NCBI GenBank assembly: GCA_025359585.1 | Contig: JANYFX010000435.1 | Coordinates: 1-54,822 of the forward strand | Source of the DNA: Rhizobacter sp. | GTDB taxonomy: Bacteria; Pseudomonadota; Gammaproteobacteria; Burkholderiales; Burkholderiaceae_C | DNA: 54,822 nt | Direction: 5' to 3' | Shown: positions 9,659 to 19,859 of the stretch, piece by piece | Layout: each line of letters opens with the position of its first letter | How positions within the stretch are numbered: position 1 is the stretch's first letter | The notes under the pieces: model-generated | Told to the model about the DNA's origin: nothing | The model's database searches: none | What the model saw: the letters and a program-made list of their open reading frames with translations, nothing else | Made by a program: the position numbers and the translations under genes

Positions 9659-9696
9659 CGATGAAGTTCGCCCGACCGGGCTTGTGGAGAAGACGC

Positions 9697-10200
9697 ATGC
9701 GCATGATTGCCGCTGTTGAAAGCGCCCGCCGGGTGCCGGTTCGTGTGCTGCAGGGGCTGGTGGTGGCTGCGGTGCTGTCGTTGGCAGGCTGCGCGGCGGG
9801 GCCACCCAAGCCGACCTCGGTCAAGGTCACGCTGCAAGCCTCGCCGACGGTGAACCCCGACGCGCGCAAGCGCGCTTCGCCGCTGGTCGTGCGCGTGTAC
9901 GAACTCAAGTCGTCGGCCGGGTTCGACGCTGCCGACTTCCTGTCTTTGTACGAACGTGACCAGGCCACGCTGGCCGCCGAGATGGTCGGCCGCGAAGAGT
10001 TCACGCTGCGCCCGGGCGAGAGCCGGCCGTGGGAAAAGATCGTCGGCCCCGAGGTGCGCTTCATCGGCGTGATGGCGGCCTACCGCGACATCGAACGGGC
10101 ACGCTGGAAGACGCTGATCCCGATCAAGCCGAACCTGAAGAACGTGATCACGATCCAGGCCGACGACATCACCATCTCCGGAACGGCGGTGACGCAATGA
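9697..10200 (+). CDS. tssJ: T6SS outer-membrane lipoprotein TssJ
   Basis: GGAG RBS; lipobox LAGC; VNPD...ASPLVVRVYELK, F..ADF.SLY, IGVMAAYRDI..A.W. Confidence 0.93.
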   Translation: MRMIAAVESARRVPVRVLQGLVVAAVLSLAGCAAGPPKPTSVKVTLQASPTVNPDARKRASPLVVRVYELKSSAGFDAADFLSLYERDQATLAAEMVGREEFTLRPGESRPWEKIVGPEVRFIGVMAAYRDIERARWKTLIPIKPNLKNVITIQADDITISGTAVTQ

Positions 10201-11531
10201 GCTGGCGCAGCCCGGTGGTCTGGTCGCAGGGCATGTTCCTGCAGCCGCACCACTTCCAGCAAGAGGCACGTTATGTTTCCCGGCTGGTCGACGCGCGGGC
10301 GCGCTGTGTGTCGCCCTATGCATGGGGCCTGGTCGAGCTGGTGCTCGACGACACGCTGCTCGCGCTCGGCCGGGTCGGCATCGCGCGGGCCTCGGGCGTG
10401 TTGCCCGACGGCACGCCCTTCGTCATTCCGCAGCTCGACGCGCCGCCCGCGCCGCTCGAGATCTCCGGCGATCTGAAGAGCGAACTCGTCTACCTGGCGC
10501 TGCCACTGAGCCGCGAGGGCGTTTCCGAAGTCGACTTCGGCGACACCAGCAGCCAGGACACCAGCCGCTTGGAGGCCCTTGAGGAACGCGTGCGCGACCA
10601 CACCAGCGCCTCCGACGAACCGGCAAGCATCCAGACCGGCCGGCTGAAGCTGCGCCTGGTTCGCGCCAAGGATCTGAGCGACGCATACACCGTGATCGGC
10701 GTGGCCGAAGTCAGCGAGCGCCGCAGCGACAAACAAGTGCTGCTCGACCGCAGCTACATTCCGCCGGCCGTGGTGCTCGACGCGACCGACTCGCTGGCCA
10801 GCAGCACCCGCCTGCTGCACGGCCTGATCAGCCAGCGTTCGCAGGCGCTGGCCGGGCGCATGGGGCAGCTCAGCAGTGGTGTCTCGGAGCTCGCCGACTT
10901 CATGATGCTGCAGGTGCTCAACCGCGCCGAGCCGCTGTTCCGCCAGCACGCCAGCGCGCCGAATTCACACCCGATGGCGCTGTACACCGATTGCCTGCAG
11001 CTCGCCGGCGAGTTGTCGACCTTCGCCTCGGCAGCGCGTCGGCCGCCCGAGTTCCCGCTGTACCGCCACGACGATCTGCGCGGCTGCTTCGCGCCGGTGA
11101 TCGGTGAGTTGCGCAAGATGCTCTCGGTGGTGCTGGAGCAGAACGCGATCCAGATCGAGCTGACCGAGCGCAACCACGGTGTGCGCACCGCCGTCGTGCC
11201 CGATCTGGAGCTGGTGCGCAACGGCGTGTTCATGCTTGCCGTCAACGCCCAGATGCCCCCCGAGCAACTGCGCCAGCGTTTCGTGGCGCAGACCAAGGTC
11301 GGCCCGGTCGACCGCATTCGTGACCTCGTCAACCTGGCACTGCCCGGCATCGGCCTGCAGGGCCAGCCGGTCGCGCCACGCCAGTTGCCCTACCACGCCG
11401 GGTTTTTCTATTTCGAGCTCGAACGTGGCAGCGACCTGTGGCGCCAGTTCGAGAAGAGCGGGAGCCTGGTGATCCACACCGCCGGTGACTTCCCCGGGCT
11501 CGAACTCGAGCTGTGGGCGATCCGCCAGTAG
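10197..11531 (+). CDS. tssK: T6SS baseplate subunit TssK
   Basis: VVWSQGMFLQPHHFQQ, GVLPDGTPF, PRQLPYHAG..YFEL, FPGLELELWAIR. Confidence 0.96.
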   Translation: MSWRSPVVWSQGMFLQPHHFQQEARYVSRLVDARARCVSPYAWGLVELVLDDTLLALGRVGIARASGVLPDGTPFVIPQLDAPPAPLEISGDLKSELVYLALPLSREGVSEVDFGDTSSQDTSRLEALEERVRDHTSASDEPASIQTGRLKLRLVRAKDLSDAYTVIGVAEVSERRSDKQVLLDRSYIPPAVVLDATDSLASSTRLLHGLISQRSQALAGRMGQLSSGVSELADFMMLQVLNRAEPLFRQHASAPNSHPMALYTDCLQLAGELSTFASAARRPPEFPLYRHDDLRGCFAPVIGELRKMLSVVLEQNAIQIELTERNHGVRTAVVPDLELVRNGVFMLAVNAQMPPEQLRQRFVAQTKVGPVDRIRDLVNLALPGIGLQGQPVAPRQLPYHAGFFYFELERGSDLWRQFEKSGSLVIHTAGDFPGLELELWAIRQ

Positions 11532-11577
11532 GCCTTCGTTCGCCGCCGCGCTGCCGCCCGATCCCTGAGGTGTTGCC

Positions 11578-12906
11578 ATGAGTCCTGCCAATCCGAACGA
11601 CCCGTTCAGCGACCCGTTCGCCGCGGTCGAAAACCAGCGCACCTTCGTGATGCCGAACCCCGGCGCGCGCACGCCGGCCACACCGCAGCCGGGCGCGATG
11701 CCGGGCGCCGGCACGGCCGATGTGGTGGCCGACCTGGGCGTGGCCGACACCGGCCTGAATCCGCTGCTGGCCTTGGCCAACCCGCTGCTCGCGGTGGTGC
11801 CGCAGATCCGTTCGACGAGCCACTTGCCCGACCCCGGCGTGCTGAAGGAATCGCTCGCGCAAGGCCTGCGCGAGTTCGATGCAAAAGCACCGCAACAAGG
11901 CATAGCGCCAGAGCGTGTGATGGCCGCCCGCTACATTCTGTGCACGCTGCTCGACGAAGCCGCCGCCAGCACGCCCTGGGGCGGCTCGGGGGCGTGGGGC
12001 CGCTACAGCCTGCTGGCGATGTTCCACAACGAAACCGGCGGCGGCGAAAAAGTTTTTCAGCTGATGGCCAAGCTGGCCGAGAACCCGGCCGCCAACCGCG
12101 ACCTGCTGGAGCTGATCTACGCTGCGCTGTGCCTCGGTTTCCAGGGCCGCTACCGCGTTGTCGAAGGCGGGCTGGCGCAGCTCGAAGCAGTGCGTGACCG
12201 GCTCGCGCAAATCCTCAGGAAAGAGCGTGGTGCTTACGCCCAGCCACTGGCCGAACACTGGCGTGGCCAGACGCTCAAGCGTCGCCCGTTCCTGACATGG
12301 CTGCCGCTGTGGGTGACCGCCGCCGTGGCCGCCGCCGTGCTGCTCGGTTTGTACTTCGCGCTCTCGTTGTCGTTGGGCGGCGTGTCGGACCCGACCTTCG
12401 GGCAGATTCAGAGTCTGCGCCTGTTGCCACCCACACCCACCGTCGTGCAGCCCGCGCCCAAGCCACGCCTGGCGCAGTTTCTGGCGAGCGAGATCAAGGC
12501 CGGCCTGGTGGCGGTGCGCGACGACCTCGACCGCAGCGTCATCACGATCCGCGGCGACGGCCTGTTCGACCCCGGCAGCGCCAGCCTGAGCGACGACCGC
12601 GAGGCGCTGATGAAACGCATCGCCGAAGCGCTGGCGCAAGTGCAAGGGCAGATTCTCGTGACCGGCCACACCGACAACCAGCCGATCCGCTCGGTGCGTT
12701 TCCCGTCGAACTGGCATCTTTCCGAAGAGCGCGCGAAGGCGGTGCGTGCCATTCTGATTTCGCGTGGCGTGGCGCCGGCGCGCGTGGCCGCCGAAGGGCG
12801 CGCCGACGGCGAGCCGGTGGTCGCGAACGACACCCCGGCCAACCGCTCGATCAACCGGCGTGTCGAAGTGACACTGGTCGCGGCCCGAACGGGAGCGGGG
12901 TCATGA
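11578..12906 (+). CDS. tssL: T6SS TssL (DotU) with C-terminal OmpA-like peptidoglycan-binding domain
   Basis: ARYILCTLLDE, FHNETGGGEKVF, LCLGFQGRY, one TM segment, GHTDNQPI, NWHLSEERA, NRRVEV. Confidence 0.95.
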   Translation: MSPANPNDPFSDPFAAVENQRTFVMPNPGARTPATPQPGAMPGAGTADVVADLGVADTGLNPLLALANPLLAVVPQIRSTSHLPDPGVLKESLAQGLREFDAKAPQQGIAPERVMAARYILCTLLDEAAASTPWGGSGAWGRYSLLAMFHNETGGGEKVFQLMAKLAENPAANRDLLELIYAALCLGFQGRYRVVEGGLAQLEAVRDRLAQILRKERGAYAQPLAEHWRGQTLKRRPFLTWLPLWVTAAVAAAVLLGLYFALSLSLGGVSDPTFGQIQSLRLLPPTPTVVQPAPKPRLAQFLASEIKAGLVAVRDDLDRSVITIRGDGLFDPGSASLSDDREALMKRIAEALAQVQGQILVTGHTDNQPIRSVRFPSNWHLSEERAKAVRAILISRGVAPARVAAEGRADGEPVVANDTPANRSINRRVEVTLVAARTGAGS

Positions 12907-15900
12907 TGAAGAAGCTGCTGGGGTGGATATTCAACGGCTGGGTGCTCGCGATCCTCGGGCTGCTGGCCATCTCGTTGCTGATCTGGATCGTCGGGCCGAT
13001 CATCGGCATCGGCGAGGCCCGGCCCCTCGAGAGCACGACCGTGCGCCTGGCCCTGATCGGCGCGATCGTGCTGCTCTACGTGCTGCAAAAGTTGTGGAGG
13101 GCGTGGAGCGCGCGCCGCACCAACAGCGCGGTCGTCAACCACATGCTCGCCGAGGCGCCCAAGGGCGGCACCGACGCCGCCAGCGCCGAGCTCGCGACCA
13201 TCAACGAGCGTTTCCAGAAAGCGCTGAGCACGCTCAAGCAGGCGCGCTTCGCGGGCAACCGCAGCCTGTGGTCGAGCGCGTCGGCGCGCGTCGGCCAGCG
13301 TTATCTGTACGAGCTGCCGTGGTACGTGATCATCGGCGCGCCGGGCTCGGGCAAGACCACCGCGCTGCTCAACTCCGGCCTCGAATTCCCGCTCGCCGCG
13401 AGCATGGGCGACGCGGCCGTGCGTGGCGTGGGCGGCACCCGCAATTGCGACTGGTGGTTCACCAACCAGGCCGTGTTGATCGACACCGCCGGCCGCTACA
13501 CCACCCAAGACAGCGACCGCGACACCGACCAGAAAGCCTGGACCGGCTTCCTCGGCATGATCAAGAAGAGCCGGCCGCGCCAGCCGGTCAACGGCGTGCT
13601 CGTCACGGTCTCGGTGCCCGACCTGCTGACGCGCACTGCCGCGCAGCGCGCCGAATACGCGGCCGCCGTGCGCACCCGCATCCAGGAACTGCACCAGCAC
13701 CTCGGCATCCGTTTCCCGATCTACCTGCTCGTCACCAAGACCGACCTGCTCGCCGGTTTCATGGACTACCTGGGCGACGCCGGCAAAGACGTGCGCCAAG
13801 ACCCGTGGGGCTTCACCTTCGCGCTCGACGCGCAGCAGCGCACCGACCCGAGCTCGCTGCCGCAAGAGTTCGACCTGCTGCAAGCGCGCCTCACCGACGG
13901 CCTGATCGACCGCCTGCAAAGCGAGCGCGACCCGGCGCGGCGCGCCCGCATCTACGCCTTCCCGCAGCAGTTCGCGGGGCTGCGAAATGTGCTCAAGGAG
14001 TTCGTTGACAAGGTGTTCTCGCCGTCGCAGTTCGAAGAGCGCCCGCTGCTGCGTGGTGTGTACTTCATCAGCGGCACGCAGGAAGGCACACCGATCGACC
14101 GTTTGCTCGGCACGATCGCGCGCAACTACCGGCTGGCGCGCACGCCGGTGCCGGCGAACCAGTCCAGTGGCAAGAGTTTTTTCCTGTCGCGCCTGCTGCA
14201 GGAAGTGGTGTTCAGCGAAGCCGAACTCGCTGGAACGAACCTGAAGTGGGAACGCCGGCGCTCGCTGCTCGCGGCCGGCGGTTATGCGCTGATCGGCGTG
14301 GTGTTCCTCGGCGCCGCCACCGCCTGGACGGTGAGCTACCTGAACAACCGCAAGTACGTGGCCGAGGTCAGCGCCAAGGTCGACAGCGTGCGCCAGCTGG
14401 TGCAGGCCACGCCCAACCGCGCTTCTTCCGACATCCAGATCCTGCTGCCGGCGCTGGCCGCCACCAAGGCGCTGGCGGTCGAAGAACAGGCCAGCGTACC
14501 TTGGTCGTTAGGCTTCGGCCTGTACCAGGGTCGCAAGCTCGACTCGGCCACGCAGCAGGTCTACAAACGCATGCTCGTCGATGCGGTGCAGCCGCGCATC
14601 GCGCTGCGGGTGGAAGAGCAGCTCAAGAACAGCTTCGACAACCCCGAAGCGCAGTACGAGGTGCTCAAGACCTATTTGATGCTGCAGGACCCGGAGCACT
14701 TCGACGCCCAGGTGCTCAGGCTCTACGTGATGACCGACTGGGAGCTGAACCTGCCGCGCGACGTGACGATCGAGCAGCGCGCCGCGCTCGAGTCGCACCT
14801 CGACGCGCTGCTGGCGCAAGGCGCCACCGTGTCGCCGCTGCCCGAAGACAAGGCCCTGGTCGCCCAGGTGCGCGCCAAGCTCGCTTCGGTGCCGCTGGCG
14901 CAGCGTGTCTACAACCGGATTCGCCGCGAAGGCGTGGGCGCCGAGATTCCCGAGTTCAGCATCGCCAAGGCGGCGGGCACGAGCGCGGCACTCGTGTTCA
15001 CGCGCGCCAGCGGCGCGCCGATCACGCGTGGCGTGCCGGGGCTGTTCACCTACGACGGGTACCACAAGGGCTTTCAGCCGGTGGTCGAAAAAACCACCAA
15101 GCAGTTGCGCGACGAAGAAGGCTGGGTGCTCGGCCTGCCCGAAGCGTCGCGCTCGGCCGTGTTGCGCGACCCGCTCGCGCTCGGCCGGCTCACCGACGAA
15201 GTGCGGCGCGCCTACCTGATCGACTACGCCAAGCAGTGGGAGGCCTACATCGCCGACATCCGCATGCTCCCGATGGGCAACCTGGCGCAGTCGGTGCAGA
15301 TGGCGCGCATTCTCTCGGCGCCCGACAACCCGCTCGGGCCGTTGATGCGCGCGCTCGTCAAGGAAACCACGCTGACGGCGGTCGAGTCGAAAAACGTGGT
15401 GGAGCAGGCCGGTGACAAGGCCAAGAGCACGATCCAGCAATCGCGCGAACAGCTGATTCGCATGCTGGGCGACAAGAACGCGCCTGCGGCAGCGCCGGTC
15501 GCACGCATCGAAAGCCTGGTGGACGACCGCTTCGAAGGCCTGCGCCAGCTCGTCAAACCCGGCGCCGCCGGTGGCCCGGCACCGATAGACGGCACCATCG
15601 CCCTGATCAACGAGGTCTACGCGCTTCTGAACGCGGCCGACACCGCCGTGAAAGGTGGCAATGCACCACCGCCGTCGGAAGTGCCGAACAAGGTCAAGGC
15701 CGAAGCGGCGCGGCTGCCCGAGCCGGTGCGTGGGCTGCTGAACACGCTCTCGGCCAGTGGCAGCACCGCGGCGATGGGTGCGGCGCGTGCCAACCTGAGC
15801 AGCTCGGTCAACTCGGGCATCGGCGAGTTCTGCCGCCAGGCGATCCAGGGCCGTTACCCGTTCTCGCGCAGCAGCAAGACCGACGTGACACAAGACGACT

Positions 15901-16493
15901 TCTCGCGGTTGTTTTCGCCCGGCGGCCTGTTCGACGAGTTCTTCCAGAAGAACCTCGCCGCGCTCGTCGACACCAACACGCGGCCGTGGAGCTTTCGCAC
16001 CCTCGGCGAAGGCACGATGGGCAAGGACACCGGCATGCTGGCGCAGTTCCAGCGCGCGCAGGTGATCCGCGACACCTTCTTCCGCTCGGGCGGCAAGGCG
16101 GCCGGCTTGCGGCTCGACTTCAAACCGCAGGAGATGGACGAGTCGATCACGCAGTTCACGCTCGACCTCGACGGCCAGCTCGTGAAGTACGCGCACGGCC
16201 CGCAGATTCCGACCGCCGTGCAGTGGCCTGGCCCGAAGGGCAGCACCCAGGTCCGGGTGCAGTTGCAGCCGGCGCTGGCGGGTGGCACGTCGGGGCTGGT
16301 GACCGAAGGGCCTTGGGCGCTGTTCCGCATGTTCGACCAGCTCAGCCTGGTGCAGTCGGGCGGGCCGGAGCGCTTCAAGGTCACCTTCAATGTGGACAAC
16401 CGCAAAGCCACGTTCGAGGTCACCGCGAGCAGTGTCGTGAACCCGTTCAAGCTGCCCGAACTCGCAGCGTTCGGCTGCCCTAACTCCATCTGA
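12903..16493 (+). CDS. tssM: T6SS membrane subunit TssM (IcmF)
   Basis: ATG 12903 overlaps the tssL stop; LYELPWYVIIGAPGSGKTT (Walker A), CDWWFT, DTAGRY, RGVYF.SGTQEG, GPWALFRMFD. Confidence 0.96.
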   Translation: MMKKLLGWIFNGWVLAILGLLAISLLIWIVGPIIGIGEARPLESTTVRLALIGAIVLLYVLQKLWRAWSARRTNSAVVNHMLAEAPKGGTDAASAELATINERFQKALSTLKQARFAGNRSLWSSASARVGQRYLYELPWYVIIGAPGSGKTTALLNSGLEFPLAASMGDAAVRGVGGTRNCDWWFTNQAVLIDTAGRYTTQDSDRDTDQKAWTGFLGMIKKSRPRQPVNGVLVTVSVPDLLTRTAAQRAEYAAAVRTRIQELHQHLGIRFPIYLLVTKTDLLAGFMDYLGDAGKDVRQDPWGFTFALDAQQRTDPSSLPQEFDLLQARLTDGLIDRLQSERDPARRARIYAFPQQFAGLRNVLKEFVDKVFSPSQFEERPLLRGVYFISGTQEGTPIDRLLGTIARNYRLARTPVPANQSSGKSFFLSRLLQEVVFSEAELAGTNLKWERRRSLLAAGGYALIGVVFLGAATAWTVSYLNNRKYVAEVSAKVDSVRQLVQATPNRASSDIQILLPALAATKALAVEEQASVPWSLGFGLYQGRKLDSATQQVYKRMLVDAVQPRIALRVEEQLKNSFDNPEAQYEVLKTYLMLQDPEHFDAQVLRLYVMTDWELNLPRDVTIEQRAALESHLDALLAQGATVSPLPEDKALVAQVRAKLASVPLAQRVYNRIRREGVGAEIPEFSIAKAAGTSAALVFTRASGAPITRGVPGLFTYDGYHKGFQPVVEKTTKQLRDEEGWVLGLPEASRSAVLRDPLALGRLTDEVRRAYLIDYAKQWEAYIADIRMLPMGNLAQSVQMARILSAPDNPLGPLMRALVKETTLTAVESKNVVEQAGDKAKSTIQQSREQLIRMLGDKNAPAAAPVARIESLVDDRFEGLRQLVKPGAAGGPAPIDGTIALINEVYALLNAADTAVKGGNAPPPSEVPNKVKAEAARLPEPVRGLLNTLSASGSTAAMGAARANLSSSVNSGIGEFCRQAIQGRYPFSRSSKTDVTQDDFSRLFSPGGLFDEFFQKNLAALVDTNTRPWSFRTLGEGTMGKDTGMLAQFQRAQVIRDTFFRSGGKAAGLRLDFKPQEMDESITQFTLDLDGQLVKYAHGPQIPTAVQWPGPKGSTQVRVQLQPALAGGTSGLVTEGPWALFRMFDQLSLVQSGGPERFKVTFNVDNRKATFEVTASSVVNPFKLPELAAFGCPNSI

Positions 16494-16503
16494 GTGCGGT
16501 GGG

Positions 16504-17205
16504 TTGTCCGTGAATCAGCACCCCGGCATCGAGCCTGCCCCCGCCTGGTTCGGCAAGATCGCCTGCCTGGGCGACTTCGCCAGCCGCCGCCTGCCACAAG
16601 ACACCGCGCAGGTGTTCGACACCTGGCTCGCGCGCGGTGTCGAGTCCAGCCGCGCCCAGCTCGGCGACCGCTGGATGAACGTCTACCTGACGAGCCCGCT
16701 GTGGCGCTTTGCGCTCGCACCCGGTGTGCTCGATGCGCGCTGGTGGTTCGGCGTGCTGATGCCGAGCGTGGACAACGTCGGCCGCTACTTCCCGCTGCTG
16801 GTCACGCAGCCCTGCAACGAAGCGCCGCATGACGGCGATGGCCTGAACCAGCTCGAGCGCTGGTTTTCGCAGATCGCACGCGCCGCGCTCGGCACGCTGC
16901 AGCCGGGCGGCAGCCTGGAACAGTTCGAGACCGAGCTCGCCCAGACGCCGCGACTGGCGGCCGCCGCACCGGCTGCGCCGTGGGCTGCGGCACAATGGCC
17001 CGAACGCAGCCGCCACGAACTGGAGAGCGGCGTGACGCTGGCGCAATGCCTGAACGAGTTGGCGGTGGTCGAGAGCCTGCGGCGCTTTCGAGGTTGCTCG
17101 TTGTGGTGGTCGTTGCGCCCGGGCTCGGGCCCGAGCAGCCTGAGCACGGCGGTCGGTTTGCCCGGCGGCGACTCCTTCATTCACATGCTCGAAGGCACCT
17201 GGTGA
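16504..17205 (+). CDS. tagF: T6SS post-translational repressor TagF
   Basis: WFGKI...GDFASRRL, WRFAL.PG, GVLMPSVD.VGRYFPL, SLWW. Confidence 0.92.
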   Translation: MSVNQHPGIEPAPAWFGKIACLGDFASRRLPQDTAQVFDTWLARGVESSRAQLGDRWMNVYLTSPLWRFALAPGVLDARWWFGVLMPSVDNVGRYFPLLVTQPCNEAPHDGDGLNQLERWFSQIARAALGTLQPGGSLEQFETELAQTPRLAAAAPAAPWAAAQWPERSRHELESGVTLAQCLNELAVVESLRRFRGCSLWWSLRPGSGPSSLSTAVGLPGGDSFIHMLEGTW

Positions 17206-17254
17206 AGACCCTTTTCTCTCAGCGCGCTGGCGCAGCACCCTCGGGAGAACGGCC

Positions 17255-19102
17255 TTGACCGACAACAGCGGTACCCCGTCGGCCTTCACCGAGTTCGCCA
17301 CCACGATGGCCAGCGTGCGCCCGGTGCCGCCACCACCGGGCGAAGCCGGCAACGCCTTGCCGGCGGGTTACAAGATTCACGAGTTCGAGATCGTGCAAGT
17401 GGTCGGCGAAGGGGGCTTCGGCATTGTCTACCTGGCCAACGACCTGCAACTCCAGCGCACCGTGGCACTCAAGGAATACATGCCGGCTTCGCTGGCGACA
17501 CGCGGCGCCGACCACGGCATTTCGCTGCGCTCCGAGCGCCACCGCGAAACCTTCGAGCTGGGCCTGCGCAGCTTCGTCAACGAAGCGCGGCTGCTCGCGT
17601 CGTTCGACCACCCTTCGCTGGTGAAGGTGTACCGCTTCTGGGAGCAGAACGGCACCGCCTTCATGGTGATGCCGTTCTATGAAGGGCCGACGCTGAAGGC
17701 GCTGTTCAAGCAGTCGCCGCACCCGCCCGACGAAGCCTGGCTGAAGAACCTGCTCAAGCCGCTGCTCGACGCGCTGCAGATCATCCACAACGACCACTGC
17801 TACCACCGCGACATCGCGCCCGACAACATCCTGCTGCTCGGCTCGCAGCTCAAGCCGCTGCTGCTCGACTTCGGCGCGGCGCGGCGCGTGATCGGCGATG
17901 CGACGCAGGCGCTCACCGTGATCCTGAAGCCCGGTTATGCGCCGGTCGAGCAGTACGCCGAGGTGCCCTCGATGAAACAGGGCGCCTGGACCGACGTGTA
18001 CGCGCTGTGCGCCGTGTTGTACGCGGCGATCACCGGGCGCGCACCCACGCCTTCGGTCGGGCGGCTGATGAAAGACGAGATGGTGCCGGTCTCGGAGAGC
18101 GCACGGGGCAAATACTCGGCCGCGTTTCTCGCCGCGATCGATCGTGGCCTCGCGGTGCGCCCGGAAAACCGGCCACAAGATATCGCCTCCTTGCGCGCCA
18201 TCCTGTTCGCGAACGAGTTGTCGGACGCGGGCGACGATGTGACGCAGATTCGCGCGCCGATCGCGCCGGCGCCCGTCTTGCTGGAACCTGCGGGAGGGCC
18301 ACCGTCGACCGGCTTCGGCGCGCTCGCGGCGCCGCAATCGGACTTTCGCCCCCCGGCTCCCGCGCCGGCAGCACGCAAGTCGCGTGTGCCGCTGATCGCC
18401 GGTGTGGTCATGCTCGCCGTCGGCGCGGGCATCGTGTGGTTCGTGACCCGCGGAACGAACAAACCGGTCGAAGCCGTGGCGCCGGCCGCCGTGGCAACAC
18501 CAGCGGTGGCAGCCGCCGCCAGCAGCGTCGCGCCACCGAGCTTGCCCGAAGTCGCGGCCGCACCGGTGCGCGGGCCGTTCAGCACGGTCGCTGCGCTCGA
18601 AGACATCGTGCGGCATTCCGACCCGCTGATTTCGGTCAACACGCTGGCCGACAAACAGACGCTCGTGATCGGGCGTGACCGCATGAAGTTTCGTGTCAAG
18701 TCGAGCGAAGCGGGTTACCTCTACGTGTTCTTCAGCGGCACCGACAACGCGGGCCTGACCCTGCTGTTCCCGAACGCGAAAGACGCCAAGAACCGCATCA
18801 CCGCCGACACCGAAGTGTTGCTGCCACGCGAAAGCTGGAACATCGACGCCGGTGGCCCACCCGGGGTGAACCACATCGTGACGATGGTGTCGCGCTCACC
18901 GCGCGACTTCTCGGGCGCCGGGCTCAAGCCGGCCAACCCGCTGTCGGAATTCGACCTCGCCACCTTGCAGCGCCTGTGGTCGGCGGCGCCGGCCGACGCC
19001 AGTGTTTATGCCGGCACCGCGCGCTGCGCCGCCGGCACCGCCTGCCCGCCGGAGTTCGGCGCCACGCTGATTCGCATCGCCGAAGAAGCGGCGGGCAAAT
19101 AA
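17255..19102 (+). CDS. ppkA: Membrane Ser/Thr kinase PpkA with a periplasmic DUF4384-like C-terminal domain
   Basis: GEGGFGIVY, VALKEY, HRDIAPDNI, DFG, GYAPVEQ; Pro-rich linker, TM helix, then F.V.S..AGYLYVF..LLFPN..D..NRI.A..GPPG. Confidence 0.88.
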   Translation: MTDNSGTPSAFTEFATTMASVRPVPPPPGEAGNALPAGYKIHEFEIVQVVGEGGFGIVYLANDLQLQRTVALKEYMPASLATRGADHGISLRSERHRETFELGLRSFVNEARLLASFDHPSLVKVYRFWEQNGTAFMVMPFYEGPTLKALFKQSPHPPDEAWLKNLLKPLLDALQIIHNDHCYHRDIAPDNILLLGSQLKPLLLDFGAARRVIGDATQALTVILKPGYAPVEQYAEVPSMKQGAWTDVYALCAVLYAAITGRAPTPSVGRLMKDEMVPVSESARGKYSAAFLAAIDRGLAVRPENRPQDIASLRAILFANELSDAGDDVTQIRAPIAPAPVLLEPAGGPPSTGFGALAAPQSDFRPPAPAPAARKSRVPLIAGVVMLAVGAGIVWFVTRGTNKPVEAVAPAAVATPAVAAAASSVAPPSLPEVAAAPVRGPFSTVAALEDIVRHSDPLISVNTLADKQTLVIGRDRMKFRVKSSEAGYLYVFFSGTDNAGLTLLFPNAKDAKNRITADTEVLLPRESWNIDAGGPPGVNHIVTMVSRSPRDFSGAGLKPANPLSEFDLATLQRLWSAAPADASVYAGTARCAAGTACPPEFGATLIRIAEEAAGK

Positions 19103-19126
19103 GCGCGCGCGGCGCGCGCCAGTCGC

Positions 19127-19777
19127 TTACTGCGTGATGGTCGTGATCGTGACGCGGCGGTTCTCGGCGGCGGCCACGTCGCGCGTGTTCATCGGCTCGG
19201 TGTCGCCCTTGCCGACGGCGCGCAGGCGCGCTTCGGCAATGCTGTGGGTGCCCACCAGATAAGCGCGCACGCTTTCGGCCCGCTGCTGCGAGAGCAGCTT
19301 GTTGGCATCGGCCGCGCCGCGCGAGTCGGCATGGCCTTCGACCTCGAAGCTGAAGTCTTTCAGGCGGTCGTTCTTGAGCGCCGAAGCCACCACGTCGAGC
19401 TGTTCTTTCGAGCGCGCCGTCAACATGGACGAGTTGGTCTCGAACGTGATGAGCAACGAAGCGCTGGCTTTCTTGCGCGGCGCGAGCACGGCGGCGGCGG
19501 GCGAGTTGGACGTGACCCGCAGGCTGCGCGTGCGCACCGCCACGTCGGCATCTCCGTTGCCTTCGGTGGCGGGCGCTCCAGGCGCTGCGGCCGCAGGTGT
19601 CAGCGCTTCCAGCAGGTTGGACTCGGTGACGGCCTTGCCGCTGAGCACCTTGCCGTTGCCGGCCTGTGCCAAGACCACCTGCGACAGCACGAGACACGAC
19701 AACACACCGACGAGGGTCAGGCGCCTGGCCAGGGCGGTGGGGCGCGAAGCGGTACTTGAAGACGATGCGGTTTGCAT
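19127..19777 (-). CDS. Secreted OmpA-family peptidoglycan-binding protein
   Basis: AAGGA RBS, signal peptide, ITFETNS..L, VEGHADSRG, N..LSQQRAESV, ENRRV. Confidence 0.9.
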   Translation of the reverse strand: MQTASSSSTASRPTALARRLTLVGVLSCLVLSQVVLAQAGNGKVLSGKAVTESNLLEALTPAAAAPGAPATEGNGDADVAVRTRSLRVTSNSPAAAVLAPRKKASASLLITFETNSSMLTARSKEQLDVVASALKNDRLKDFSFEVEGHADSRGAADANKLLSQQRAESVRAYLVGTHSIAEARLRAVGKGDTEPMNTRDVAAAENRRVTITTITQ

Positions 19778-19859
19778 GATGATTTCCTTGGTTCGGGTCT
19801 GACAGATTTGAATACGGAAACAACGCGCCACGCGGGCCGCACGTTGTCGGCTCGGCCGG

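Noticed and set aside
19103-19126. Intrinsic terminator between ppkA and the OmpA gene
   Set aside because: Only a short (GC)n self-complementary run without a U-tract; too weak to call.
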